Assembly: GCA_012797095.1 (NCBI GenBank)
Contig: JAAZPS010000055.1
Span: 1 to 55,816, forward strand
Direction: 5' to 3'
Length of the DNA stretch: 55,816 bases
DNA from: Bacillota bacterium
Lineage (GTDB): Bacteria; Bacillota; Dethiobacteria; DTU022
Under the pieces are notes generated by a model. That model saw nothing but the letters and a program-made list of their open reading frames with translations, did no database searches and was not told where the DNA came from. The position numbers and the translations under genes are program-made. Positions 8,124 through 16,648 of the stretch are shown piece after piece (position 1 is the stretch's first letter; each line of letters begins with the position of its first letter).

Positions 8124-9338
8124 ATGAATTACAGCAGGTCTTACCTGCTGCAGAAGCCGAAGAAGACGGTGCGCCGCAAAAGTAAAAGAGTTGTTGTCCT
8201 GGCAGCGTTGATGCTCCTGATCCTGGCTGTAGTTTTCTCGGCCAATCTTATCTCGACCTTTCGTTCTATTCACAACAGCGCCGATTGGGCCGGGGCTCTG
8301 CGTCTGCAGAAGCGCGGCGACGAGCAGATCTACCTTCTCTACGGGGTTGATTACCGGGGCGCCAGCCCCTATATCGATCGGTTGCTGCTTCTACATCATG
8401 ATCCCGTCAATGCAGCCGTCAGTCTGCTGTACATCCCCGGGAACACCCTGATCGAGACAGAGGATGGTTCCTCGGAACCGCTGGGAAGACTATACCGTCA
8501 TCTGGAGGAACCTGCCTTCATCGAGCTGGTTCAGGAACTGACCGGCATACCGGTGCACCATTATCTCACCCTGGATTATCAGGTGATCGCGGTCCTGGGG
8601 GATTACCTGGGCGGGGTGGAAAATGCGGGGCTGGAGGGCGAAACAGGTGCCGGAATCCAGCCACCGAGGGAGAAAGAGCGGTTAAACGGGTTTGAGCTGT
8701 ACCGCTTTTTTTTAACGGCCGACCATCCGGGGCCGCCCTGGGAACAGCTCTGCCGGCAGCAGCAGATCATGGCGGCACTCTGGAGCAAAATGGAGCGGAA
8801 AAGATTCTGGCAGTGGCCGAAGGTGGTCCGGCTGCTCTCACCGTACCTCGAGACCGATCTTTCCTGGAAAGAACTGACCGCCCTGAAAGAGCAATTTGCC
8901 GGATACAGCTTTGCGGAGATGAAGCAGCTGACCCTCCCGGGGGAAGAAAAGACCATCGGAGGGTATCTCTGCTGGGTTCCCGATGCCGCCGCGATCAGGG
9001 ATATGGCCAATTTGCTCGGTGATGTTTGCCCGGTGAAGTCCTCCGAGGTGCGGGTGGAGGTGCTTAACGGCAGCGGCGTCGAGGGACTCGCTGCCGCTGT
9101 TGCCGCTTTGCTGAAAGAGGAGGGGTTCCAGATCGTCGGAACGGGCAATGCCGATCATTTTAACTATACGGCAACACAGGTGATCGCCCTGGGCGAGGAC
9201 GTGGAGAAGGCCAGAGCAGCGGCTCTCTATATACCGGGCGCTGATCTTTCCATGCTCCACCAGCACGATCCGGAGGCTCGGGTCGATGTGAGGGTAATCG
9301 TCGGCAGCAGCTATGCTGAACATAAAAAAAATCCCTGA
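8124..9338 (+). CDS. LytR-CpsA-Psr (LCP) family protein with C-terminal LytR_C domain
   Basis: There is an N-terminal TM anchor. The LCP core reads YLLYGVD...DRLLLLHHDP...LLYIPGNT. The C-terminal segment VEVLNGSGVEGLAA...L...GF.IVGTGNA fits LytR_C. Confidence 0.85.
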   Translation: MNYSRSYLLQKPKKTVRRKSKRVVVLAALMLLILAVVFSANLISTFRSIHNSADWAGALRLQKRGDEQIYLLYGVDYRGASPYIDRLLLLHHDPVNAAVSLLYIPGNTLIETEDGSSEPLGRLYRHLEEPAFIELVQELTGIPVHHYLTLDYQVIAVLGDYLGGVENAGLEGETGAGIQPPREKERLNGFELYRFFLTADHPGPPWEQLCRQQQIMAALWSKMERKRFWQWPKVVRLLSPYLETDLSWKELTALKEQFAGYSFAEMKQLTLPGEEKTIGGYLCWVPDAAAIRDMANLLGDVCPVKSSEVRVEVLNGSGVEGLAAAVAALLKEEGFQIVGTGNADHFNYTATQVIALGEDVEKARAAALYIPGADLSMLHQHDPEARVDVRVIVGSSYAEHKKNP

Positions 9339-9360
9339 GCAATCCAAGGAGGTGAACTGC

Positions 9361-9714
9361 TTGTCGGGATCGGCAAGCGGCTCCCGGAAGTTGGCGTTAT
9401 GGGCGGCCGAGCTGGCCGCCGAGAAGATGGCAGAAGATCTGACCCTGCTGGAAATAGGCCGGGTTTCGATCATTGCCGATTACTTTTTGATCGCTACGGG
9501 CGCAACGCGGATCCGGGTGCAGACCATCGGCGATCACCTGATCGAGAGGATTAAAAGAGCAGGTTTTACCCTGCAGCGGATGGAAGGTTACCGCGAAGGA
9601 TGGTGGATCATCCTCGATTTCGGTGATCTGGTGGTGCATCTGTTACAGCCTGAAGCGAGAGAGTTTTACAATCTGGAGCGGCTCTGGAGCAGGGCCCCCC
9701 TGGTCAACCTTTGA
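9361..9714 (+). CDS. rsfS: ribosome silencing factor RsfS
   Basis: AEDLTLLEIGRVSIIADYFLIATG......I.D.L.......G....MEGY.EGWWIILDFGDLVVHL...EAREFYNLERLW fits RsfS. I place the start at TTG 9361, 5 nt after AAGGAGGTGA. The track start 9313 overlaps the LCP gene. Confidence 0.9.
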   Translation: MSGSASGSRKLALWAAELAAEKMAEDLTLLEIGRVSIIADYFLIATGATRIRVQTIGDHLIERIKRAGFTLQRMEGYREGWWIILDFGDLVVHLLQPEAREFYNLERLWSRAPLVNL

Positions 9715-9833
9715 CGGAGTTTCGGAAAGGCCGCGGCGCGCTTTTGGACCCTGCCCCGGGGGCAAGCGCTGTTTAAAGGATCGGCCGGAAGGTTCTGCTC
9801 GTGTTACTGTCGCCGCCTTTTTGGGGGATAAGG

Positions 9834-10697
9834 ATGATCGCCGATAAGGCCAAAGAGATGATCAAGCGGGCTGCCCGGCGGGAGACTGCTCCTACCGGTG
9901 TGAGCTGCTGCCTGCTCCCGTTCGGCGATCTTCTTCTGTTGTCCCGCAAACTGAAACTGTCCCGCCGTGATCTGGAGATTGCCGCCCTGGAGGTTGGGGT
10001 AATTCCGGAAAGATACCACCGCCACATCGGCCTGATCGGCATCGCCGGGCAGCTGAAGCTGCTCCGCTCGAGGGTCGGCCTGGCCGGTGCTGGCGGGCTG
10101 GGCGGTTACGCCGTGGAGCTGCTTGCCCGGAGCGGTATCGGCTCCCTGATCGTGATCGACGACGACTGTTTCACCGCGGGGAACCTTAACCGCCAGCTCC
10201 AGGCCTCCGAGAGCACCCTGGGGATGAGCAAGGCTGAAGAGGCAGTCCGGCGGGTGCGGGAGATCAATGGTGCTGTCGAGGCGGCAGCACACCGCTGCCG
10301 CGGCAGCGCTTCAAATTGGCCCCGACTGCTGCGGGGCTGCAATCTGGTGCTGGACTGCCTTGATAATCTGCCTTCACGTTTTGCCCTGGAAGAGGCCTGC
10401 CAGGAGCTGGCGATACCGCTGGTGCACGGCGCTATCGATGGATTCATGGGCCAGGTGGCGGTGATCCGGCCGGGTCAGCCGCTCCTGGCGACGATCTACG
10501 GTCAGCGGGGTGGGCAGCGCACTGATCGCGGCGGGGCTGCGGAGACCCTTTCCTTTACTCCCTCCCTGGTGGCAGCGCAGCAGACTGCTGAAGCGGTGAA
10601 GCTGCTGGCCGGTTTTGATCGAACTGACGAGACCGTTCTTCTGCTGATCGATCTATTTTCCGGCGAAGTGGCCCGGATAGCGTTGACCCCCGGCTGA
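9834..10697 (+). CDS. ThiF/MoeB/HesA-family E1-like adenylyltransferase
   Basis: ERYHRHIGLIGIAGQLKL...VGLAGAGGLGGYAVELLARSGIG.L.VIDDD.....NLNRQ fits the family. No ThiS/MoaD-like gene lies next to it. The start is ATG 9834 or GTG 9801. Confidence 0.8.
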   Translation: MIADKAKEMIKRAARRETAPTGVSCCLLPFGDLLLLSRKLKLSRRDLEIAALEVGVIPERYHRHIGLIGIAGQLKLLRSRVGLAGAGGLGGYAVELLARSGIGSLIVIDDDCFTAGNLNRQLQASESTLGMSKAEEAVRRVREINGAVEAAAHRCRGSASNWPRLLRGCNLVLDCLDNLPSRFALEEACQELAIPLVHGAIDGFMGQVAVIRPGQPLLATIYGQRGGQRTDRGGAAETLSFTPSLVAAQQTAEAVKLLAGFDRTDETVLLLIDLFSGEVARIALTPG

Positions 10698-10807
10698 ACT
10701 GTCTCCGATCTGCTGAGCGAGCGGCCTCTTTGGCGGCGGCAGCCCCGGGGAAAAGATGCGGAGGCCCGGATGATCCCCTTCCAGGGCCGGTTTTGAGCGG
10801 CGATCAC

Positions 10808-10836
10808 TTGACAAGGCTGCTTGGGGTGCGTATAAT
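10808..10836 (+). promoter_or_regulatory. consensus sigma-A promoter driving the leuS T-box leader
   Basis: Perfect TTGACA (10808-10813), a 17 nt spacer, then perfect TATAAT (10831-10836). Confidence 0.75.
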
Positions 10837-11054
10837 CAATCATGAATTCAGGACAGCTTTTAGAAAACCTGGCTTGAAAACGATTCGGTGAAGGGGAGCA
10901 GTAAGCAGCCGAACCGGCACCCTAGAGAGCCTGCGGACGGTGTGAGCCGGCAGGCCGGCGGTTGCGGAACTCGCCCCGGAGAAGCGGCGGTAAACTTTGC
11001 CGGTAGCCGCTGCCGCGCGGCCGCGTTAAAGGCTTGAAGAGGGCAGCAATTCAT

Positions 11055-11130
11055 GGGGCTGTAGCGCAGGTGGGAGCGCGCTTCCTTGGCATGGAAGAGG
11101 CCGCGGGTTCGACTCCCGCCAGCTCCACCA
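11055..11130 (+). tRNA. tRNA-Ala (anticodon GGC), CCA encoded
   Basis: The manual fold is: acceptor GGGGCTG/CAGCTCC with G3:U70; U8; D arm GCGC-AGGTGGGA-GCGC; anticodon arm CTTCC-TTGGCAT-GGAAG; 5 nt variable loop; T arm GCGGG-TTCGACT-CCCGC; A73; CCA. The total is 76 nt. Confidence 0.9.
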
Positions 11131-11165
11131 AATTGTTCGCCAAAAAGGGTGGTACCGCGGGAAAA

Positions 11166-11192
11166 CCCGCCCCTTGCCGGGCGGGTATTTTT
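11166..11192 (+). terminator. T-box attenuator terminator
   Basis: CCCGCCC (11166-11172) pairs with GGGCGGG (11179-11185) around a 6 nt loop, followed by TATTTTT. The 5' arm is shared with the antiterminator. Confidence 0.85.
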
Positions 11193-11236
11193 CTGTATTT
11201 CCATCGTTTAACTTGAAATGGGGGGCAGTTATCAAG

Positions 11237-13726
11237 ATGAAGGGTTACAAACCCCAAACCATTGAACCCAAATGGCAGCGGAGGTGGGCTGCGGAGCGCT
11301 CCTATCATGCTCCGGTAGATCCCTCCCGTCAGAAGTACTACGTGCTGGAGATGTTTCCCTATCCCTCGGGAAAACTGCATATGGGCCATATGCGTGTCTA
11401 CTCCATCGGCGATGTCTTGGCCCGATTTTTACGGATGCGCGGCTTCAATGTTGTTCATCCCATGGGCTGGGATGCTTTCGGGCTGCCTGCGGAGAATGCG
11501 GCCATAGAGAACCGGGTCAGCCCCGATCGATGGACGGCGCAGAGCATAGCCCAGATGAAGCAGCAGCAGCAGCGCCTGGGGGTCAGTTACGACTGGGAAA
11601 GGGAAGTGAACACCAGCTCGCCGGATTACTATCGCTGGACCCAATGGCTTTTTCTGCTGCTTTACCGGCGCGGACTGGCTTACCGGAGGAAGGCAGCGGT
11701 CAACTGGTGCCCGTACTGTCAGACCGTCCTGGCGAACGAGCAGGTTGAAGCCGGTCTTTGCTGGCGTTGCGAGAGCGTGGTCGAGCATCAGGAGCGGGAG
11801 CAGTGGTTCTTGCGGATCACCGATTATGCCGATCGCCTGCTGAGCGATCTGGATCTGCTCGAAGACTGGCCCGAACGGGTCAAGGTGATGCAGCGGAACT
11901 GGATCGGGCGCAGCGAGGGCGCCGAGATAGTTTTCCGGATCAAGGATTTCCCCGGGGAAAATCTGCCTGTCTTTACGACCCGCCCCGACACCCTTTTCGG
12001 GGTGACCTATATGGTTATCGCCCCGGAGCATCCCCTGGTTCACCGCCTGGTGGCGGGGACGGAAAAAGAGAAAGAAGTGATGGATTTTGTGGCCCGGGTG
12101 AGGCGGGAAAGCGAAATAGAAAGGACCTCGGAGGACTCACCGAAAATAGGGCTTTTCACCGGCAGGTATGCCCTCAACCCCCTCAGCGGTGCAGCCGTGC
12201 CCATCCTCGTGGGCAACTATGTGATCATGAGCTACGGCACCGGCGCGGTGATGGGGGTGCCGGCGCATGACGAGCGCGACTTTCAGTTTGCCCGTAGCTA
12301 TGATCTTCCGGTCAGGGCGGTGATCCGTCCGCCGGAGGCGGAAAAAGGTGAAGGTGCCCCCGAATTTAACCTGCCCTATACCGGTGAAGGGGTCATGATC
12401 AATTCGGATCAATTCAACGGCCTCCACAGTGCTGACGGGGTCGGACGGATCACCGAAAAATTGCGGGAGCAGGGATGCGGCCAGTTCAAGATCAGCTACC
12501 GCCTGCGCGACTGGCTCATCTCGCGCCAGCGTTACTGGGGGGCGCCGATACCGGTGATCTACTGCGATCGCTGCGGGATCGTGCCGGTACCCGAGGAGGC
12601 CCTGCCGGTGCTCCTTCCCCCGGCGGCGGATCTATCGGGCGACCGCGTACCGCCGCTTTCGCAGTACCGCAGTTTTGTCGAGACCAGCTGTCCGGAATGC
12701 GGGGGGGCGGCCCGGCGCGAGACCGATACCATGGATACATTCATGTGCTCCTCCTGGTATTTCTTGCGCTATACCAGCCCCCGGCTGGAGAGCTTTCCTT
12801 TTGACCGGGAAGCGGCCGATTACTGGATGCCCGTGGATCAGTATATCGGGGGAATCGAGCACGCCGTGCTGCACCTGCTCTATGCGCGTTTCTTTACCAA
12901 GGTGCTTTACGATGCCGGGCTGGTAGGGGTGGAGGAACCGTTCAGCCGCCTTTTGGCCCAGGGGATGGTCTACAAGGACGGGGCCAAGATGTCCAAGTCC
13001 AAGGGCAATGTGGTCTCTCCCGATGAAATTGTTGAACGTTACGGCGCCGATACCGGCCGGCTTTTTATCCTGTTTGCCTCTCCGCCGGAAAAAGATCTTG
13101 ACTGGAACGATCAGGGGGTCGAAGGATGCCACCGTTTCTTGCGAAGGGTCTGGCGTCTGATCGAGGAATGCAGCGAAATCCGGGAGGGTGGCCCCGGCGG
13201 GGTTGCCGGCGGGCTGGGAGAGGCAGAGGTGGAGCTGCAGCGGGTGCTGCACGGGACGATCAGGAAGGTTACCATTGATATCGAGGAGCGTTTCAATTTC
13301 AATACGGCGATCAGCGCGGTGATGGAGCTGGTTAATGCTGTTTACGACTACCGTCGGGAGATCGCCCTGGACAGACAGAGCCGCTCCCTTTTGCAGGAGC
13401 TCTTGAGAACGCTGACCCTGCTGCTGGCGCCCTTTGCGCCTCATCTGGCCGAGGAAGCCTGGCAGACCCTGGGCTGCGGGGGCAGCGTCCATCAGCAGCC
13501 CTGGCCGGACTTCGATCCGGAGGCCCTGGCGGTAGAGGAAGTGGAAGTGGTTATCCAGATCAACGGTAAGGTGCGGGGCCGGATGCAGGTCCCCGCTGGA
13601 GCTGCCGCAGAGAAGCTGCTGCAGCGGGCCCGGGAGCAGCAGCGGATCGGCGAACTGCTGGAAGGTAAACAGGTGCTGCGTCAGATCATCGTTCCCGATA
13701 AGCTGATCAATATCGTGGTCCGGTGA
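11237..13726 (+). CDS. leuS: leucine--tRNA ligase
   Basis: MKGYKPQTIEPKWQRRW..., the HIGH-type motif PYPSGKLHMGH, the KMSKS motif and editing-domain motifs are all present. The start is ATG 11237, after a G-rich SD. The track start 11174 lies inside the terminator. Confidence 0.97.
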   Translation: MKGYKPQTIEPKWQRRWAAERSYHAPVDPSRQKYYVLEMFPYPSGKLHMGHMRVYSIGDVLARFLRMRGFNVVHPMGWDAFGLPAENAAIENRVSPDRWTAQSIAQMKQQQQRLGVSYDWEREVNTSSPDYYRWTQWLFLLLYRRGLAYRRKAAVNWCPYCQTVLANEQVEAGLCWRCESVVEHQEREQWFLRITDYADRLLSDLDLLEDWPERVKVMQRNWIGRSEGAEIVFRIKDFPGENLPVFTTRPDTLFGVTYMVIAPEHPLVHRLVAGTEKEKEVMDFVARVRRESEIERTSEDSPKIGLFTGRYALNPLSGAAVPILVGNYVIMSYGTGAVMGVPAHDERDFQFARSYDLPVRAVIRPPEAEKGEGAPEFNLPYTGEGVMINSDQFNGLHSADGVGRITEKLREQGCGQFKISYRLRDWLISRQRYWGAPIPVIYCDRCGIVPVPEEALPVLLPPAADLSGDRVPPLSQYRSFVETSCPECGGAARRETDTMDTFMCSSWYFLRYTSPRLESFPFDREAADYWMPVDQYIGGIEHAVLHLLYARFFTKVLYDAGLVGVEEPFSRLLAQGMVYKDGAKMSKSKGNVVSPDEIVERYGADTGRLFILFASPPEKDLDWNDQGVEGCHRFLRRVWRLIEECSEIREGGPGGVAGGLGEAEVELQRVLHGTIRKVTIDIEERFNFNTAISAVMELVNAVYDYRREIALDRQSRSLLQELLRTLTLLLAPFAPHLAEEAWQTLGCGGSVHQQPWPDFDPEALAVEEVEVVIQINGKVRGRMQVPAGAAAEKLLQRAREQQRIGELLEGKQVLRQIIVPDKLINIVVR

Positions 13727-13759
13727 TGGGATCATTTCCGATCAAAGGAGGACAGTGCA

Positions 13760-14191
13760 ATGAGTTCACGAGAAAACGGTCGCGGTAAGGGCTTGCCGGG
13801 TGAAAAAACAGAGGAAAAGGATAGCGTGCGGATCTCGCCCGATGTTATCGGCATCGTTGCCGGCATAGCCGCCCAGGAGGTTGCCGGCATAGCCGGTATG
13901 AGCGGGGGAATTGTTGACGGAATTGCGCAGAGGCTCGGCCGGAAGGATTTCAGCAAGGGGATCAAGGTGACCCTAGAAAAGGAGACGGTCTCGCTCGATC
14001 TGGCCGTGGTGGTCGATTATGGAGTCAAGATCATGGAGACGGCCAGGGATCTGAAGGAGAAGGTTCGCAGCACCGTGGAGGAGGTTACCGGACTGGCAGT
14101 GGCATCGATCAAGGTCAATGTGGTCGGGATCAATCTGGCCAGGGAGCAGGCCGGAGATTCATCATCGCAGGAAGATAACGACGAGCTATGA
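13760..14191 (+). CDS. Asp23/Gls24-family (alkaline shock) protein
   Basis: ISPDVIGIVAGIAAQEVAGIAGM...V.LDL.VVVDYGV.I.E.A..L...V...VE..TGL.V..I.V.V fits the family. Confidence 0.9.
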   Translation: MSSRENGRGKGLPGEKTEEKDSVRISPDVIGIVAGIAAQEVAGIAGMSGGIVDGIAQRLGRKDFSKGIKVTLEKETVSLDLAVVVDYGVKIMETARDLKEKVRSTVEEVTGLAVASIKVNVVGINLAREQAGDSSSQEDNDEL

Positions 14192-14201
14192 TCCGGCGGA
14201 G

Positions 14202-14227
14202 CGCCTTTCATCCGAAAGGCGTTTGTT
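14202..14227 (+). terminator. probable intrinsic terminator after the Asp23-family gene
   Basis: An 8 bp stem CGCCTTTC/GAAAGGCG with loop ATCC, followed by TTTGTT. Confidence 0.55.
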
Positions 14228-14365
14228 CCATCCACCCGTAATTTGAATCTGAAACAGGATTCGCACCCGGAATTATACCAGTAGATAGCAGCGATCAGGG
14301 GAATACAGGGGAGGGCGGTAAACGCTCTCCCCGGTGAACCATTCTACTGAAGGGGCTGATTCCGG

Positions 14366-14965
14366 ATGTGGGGTACCTTTACCCTGCGCGAGAAAGTTCT
14401 CCTGTTAATGCTGGTCCTTCTTCTGATCGGCGGCGTTCTCTGGAGGATAGCGCCCTCACTGGTGGCGCCGGCTGGTTCCGATGACCGCTCCGGCAAACTG
14501 GTTGAGGATAACCCTCCGCTCTTCCGGGAAGACAATCCCGAATCTGAACCGGAGATGATCACGGTGCATCTGGTCGGGGCGGTGCAGAACCCCGGGGTCT
14601 ATCAGCTGCCGCTGGGTTCGCGGGTATGCGATCTGGTCGAGGCCGGCGGCGGTCCCTCTGCAGAGGCCGATCTGGAAGCGATCAATCTGGCCCGCCCCCT
14701 TTTTGACGGCGAACAGGTGGCGATCCTTCGGCCCGGTGAGGCTGCCGCAAGCAATCCGGCAGCACCGGGACAAAAGGTCAATATCAACAAAGCATCGCTG
14801 GAAGAGCTGCAAACCCTGCCCTCGATCGGGGCTGTGCGCGCGCAGCGTATTGTGGAGCACCGCGATAAACACGGCCCCTTTAGCGCCATCGAAGAGATCA
14901 TGGATATCAGCGGTATCGGCACCGGTATTTTCAATCAGATCAAGGAGCGGATCACGATCTACTAG
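14366..14965 (+). CDS. comEA: competence protein ComEA (SLBB plus helix-hairpin-helix DNA receptor)
   Basis: There is an N-terminal TM segment. The SLBB-like region reads VHLVGAV.NPGVY.LP.GSRV.D. The C-terminal segment INKAS.EELQTLP.IG...A..IV..R...GPF..IE....I.GIG fits the HhH domain. Confidence 0.9.
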   Translation: MWGTFTLREKVLLLMLVLLLIGGVLWRIAPSLVAPAGSDDRSGKLVEDNPPLFREDNPESEPEMITVHLVGAVQNPGVYQLPLGSRVCDLVEAGGGPSAEADLEAINLARPLFDGEQVAILRPGEAAASNPAAPGQKVNINKASLEELQTLPSIGAVRAQRIVEHRDKHGPFSAIEEIMDISGIGTGIFNQIKERITIY

Positions 14966-14992
14966 TGAGCGGGTTTTCGGATCGGGAGCGGA

Positions 14993-16228
14993 TTAGCTCA
15001 AACCGAGGTAGGTCCGCTGGGGCCCGCTCAGCCGGTCGATGGCGATCCCCATTGACGACAGCTTCAGCCCGGCGACCCTGCGGTCCAGCTCGGCTGGCAC
15101 GGGCAGCACGGCGCGCGGCAGCCCCCTGTTTTTTTGCAGATGATCCATCGCCAGAAACTGCAGGGCAAATGAAAGATCCATGATCTCCGCCGGATGGCCG
15201 TCGCCTGCGGCCAGATTGACCAGTCTTCCTTCTGCAAGCAGGTAGATTCTGCGGCCGTCGGGAAAACGGTACTCCTCGATATTGGCCCGCACCTCACCGG
15301 CGGGCTCGCTGAGCTCGTTCAGAGCAGCCTTATCGATCTCCACGTCAAAATGACCGGCATTGGTCAGAATGGCACCGTCTTTCAGGCGGAGCAGATCTTC
15401 CTCCTTGATCACCCCGCAGCATCCGGTGGTGGTGACAAAGATATCCCCCAGGGGGGCCGCCTCCAGCATCGGCATCACCCGGTAGCCTTCAACGGCCGCC
15501 TCGAGTGCGCGCACCGGTTCGACCTCGGTAACGATCACCTGCGCGCCGAGCCCCTTTGCCCGCAGGGCCACGCCGCGTCCGCACCAGCCGAAACCGGCTA
15601 CCACCACCGTTTTCCCCGCCACCAGCAGATTGGTTGTCCGCATGATCCCGTCCCAGACCGACTGGCCTGTCCCGTAGCGATTGTCAAAAAGATATTTGCA
15701 GAGAGCATCATTTACGGCGATCACCGGAAAGGCCAGCTCACCCGCTGCGGCCAGCGTCCGCAGGCGGGAAAGTCCGGTGGTGGTCTCCTCCGCTCCGCCG
15801 CGTACCCCGGGCAGCAGATCGGCTCTTTCACGATGCAGCATCATGATCAGATCGCCCCCGTCATCGATAACCAGATCGGGGCCGCTCTCCACGGTACGGC
15901 GGATATGTGCTGCATATTCGTTTGCGGTGGCGCCGTGCCAGGCGAAAACGGTGATCCCTTTTTTCACCAGAGCAGCGGCAATATCATCCTGGGTCGAGAG
16001 GGGATTGCTGCCGGTCACGGTTACCGCAGCGCCGCAGCGCTGAAAGACCAGCGCCATATAGGCGGTCTTCGCCTCAAGATGGATGCAGATGGCTATCTTG
16101 AGCCCGGCAAAGGGCCTTTCGCGGGCATACTGTTCAGCCAGATTGCTCAGTACCGGCATATGCTGTCTCACCCAGTCAATCTTTTTCTGTCCTCCCGGAG
16201 CCTTTTCCGGGCTGCGGATCATGCTCAT
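14993..16228 (-). CDS. ahcY: adenosylhomocysteinase
   Basis: Full-length SAHH-like protein of 411 aa. It carries the NAD motif VAGFGWCGRG, GHFDVEID, and the N-terminal segment I.W...HMPVL. Confidence 0.95.
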   Translation of the reverse strand: MSMIRSPEKAPGGQKKIDWVRQHMPVLSNLAEQYARERPFAGLKIAICIHLEAKTAYMALVFQRCGAAVTVTGSNPLSTQDDIAAALVKKGITVFAWHGATANEYAAHIRRTVESGPDLVIDDGGDLIMMLHRERADLLPGVRGGAEETTTGLSRLRTLAAAGELAFPVIAVNDALCKYLFDNRYGTGQSVWDGIMRTTNLLVAGKTVVVAGFGWCGRGVALRAKGLGAQVIVTEVEPVRALEAAVEGYRVMPMLEAAPLGDIFVTTTGCCGVIKEEDLLRLKDGAILTNAGHFDVEIDKAALNELSEPAGEVRANIEEYRFPDGRRIYLLAEGRLVNLAAGDGHPAEIMDLSFALQFLAMDHLQKNRGLPRAVLPVPAELDRRVAGLKLSSMGIAIDRLSGPQRTYLGLS

Positions 16229-16565
16229 CGTCTGTCACCCTCCGTCTCTTTAATTGCTGCTATGATCTATAGTTACCTACGGCGATGAGAAAACCTGCAA
16301 AAGATAATTTTAAATAAAGGGTTTTCAAAAGATATGGGGAATGATGATCACCGGGTAGCACGAATAATAATTATGATAACACCATAAGCATTCATCTGAA
16401 ACTCCATTTAGCGCAATCACGGCGGCCTACCCGGTCCCTTGACGGGTTTGTCGCGATCGCTTGCGGATGCGGTAGGGCGGGAGGGGAACTGGCGGAGGAT
16501 AACAACCGCCGTCAGCTTTGATCGGGCTTTATTCCCCTCCGCTCCTTTATTTCCCTGAAAGAAGA

Positions 16566-16574
16566 TGCTACAAT
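16566..16574 (+). promoter_or_regulatory. candidate extended -10 promoter for pdp-deoC
   Basis: TGCTACAAT (TGn plus TACAAT) lies about 75 nt upstream of the pdp GTG. The -35 (TTTATT) is weak. Confidence 0.35.
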
Positions 16575-16648
16575 TCAGACAGTGAGGGCGGCCGCCATCT
16601 GCCGGAGCGCCGGGCCGGATCCGTTTTCAACCGTAAGGGGGTGGAAAG

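Larger units (their letters stand above)
10881..11192 (+). promoter_or_regulatory. T-box riboswitch leader, Leu-specific (specifier CUC), with an embedded tRNA gene
   Basis: Stem I elements are present: AG bulge AGAGAG (10924-10929), distal loop GGTGTGAG (10939-10946) and specifier loop GAA-CTC-G (CTC at 10970-10972). An F-box-like CGTTAAA lies at 11024-11030. The T-box sequence AAAAAGGGTGGTACCGCGG (11142-11160) can form GGG[TGGTACC]GCGGG-AAAA-CCCGC-CCC, an antiterminator that competes with the terminator. leuS follows directly. Confidence 0.85.

Noticed and set aside
11174-11236. Upstream extension of leuS (track start 11174). Similarly the extension of the MaoC gene (3576-3797) and the GTG 5291 start for obg.
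   Set aside because: The leuS extension runs through the T-box terminator. The MaoC extension overlaps panB in another frame. The 5291 start would truncate the conserved Obg N-terminal fold.
15194-16288. A 364 aa plus-strand ORF antisense to ahcY. Similar cases are 54184-55428 (+), 2891-3862 (-), 12632-13735 (-), 21114-21968 (-), 22727-23623 (+), 34258-35115 (-) and 38268-39071 (+).
   Set aside because: All are antisense to confidently identified genes and show no family motifs. They are high-GC frame artefacts.
16229-16400. An SAH riboswitch in the ahcY 5' leader.
   Set aside because: The minus-strand leader is AT-rich and lacks the conserved GC-rich SAH-element pseudoknot sequences. There is no convincing structure.
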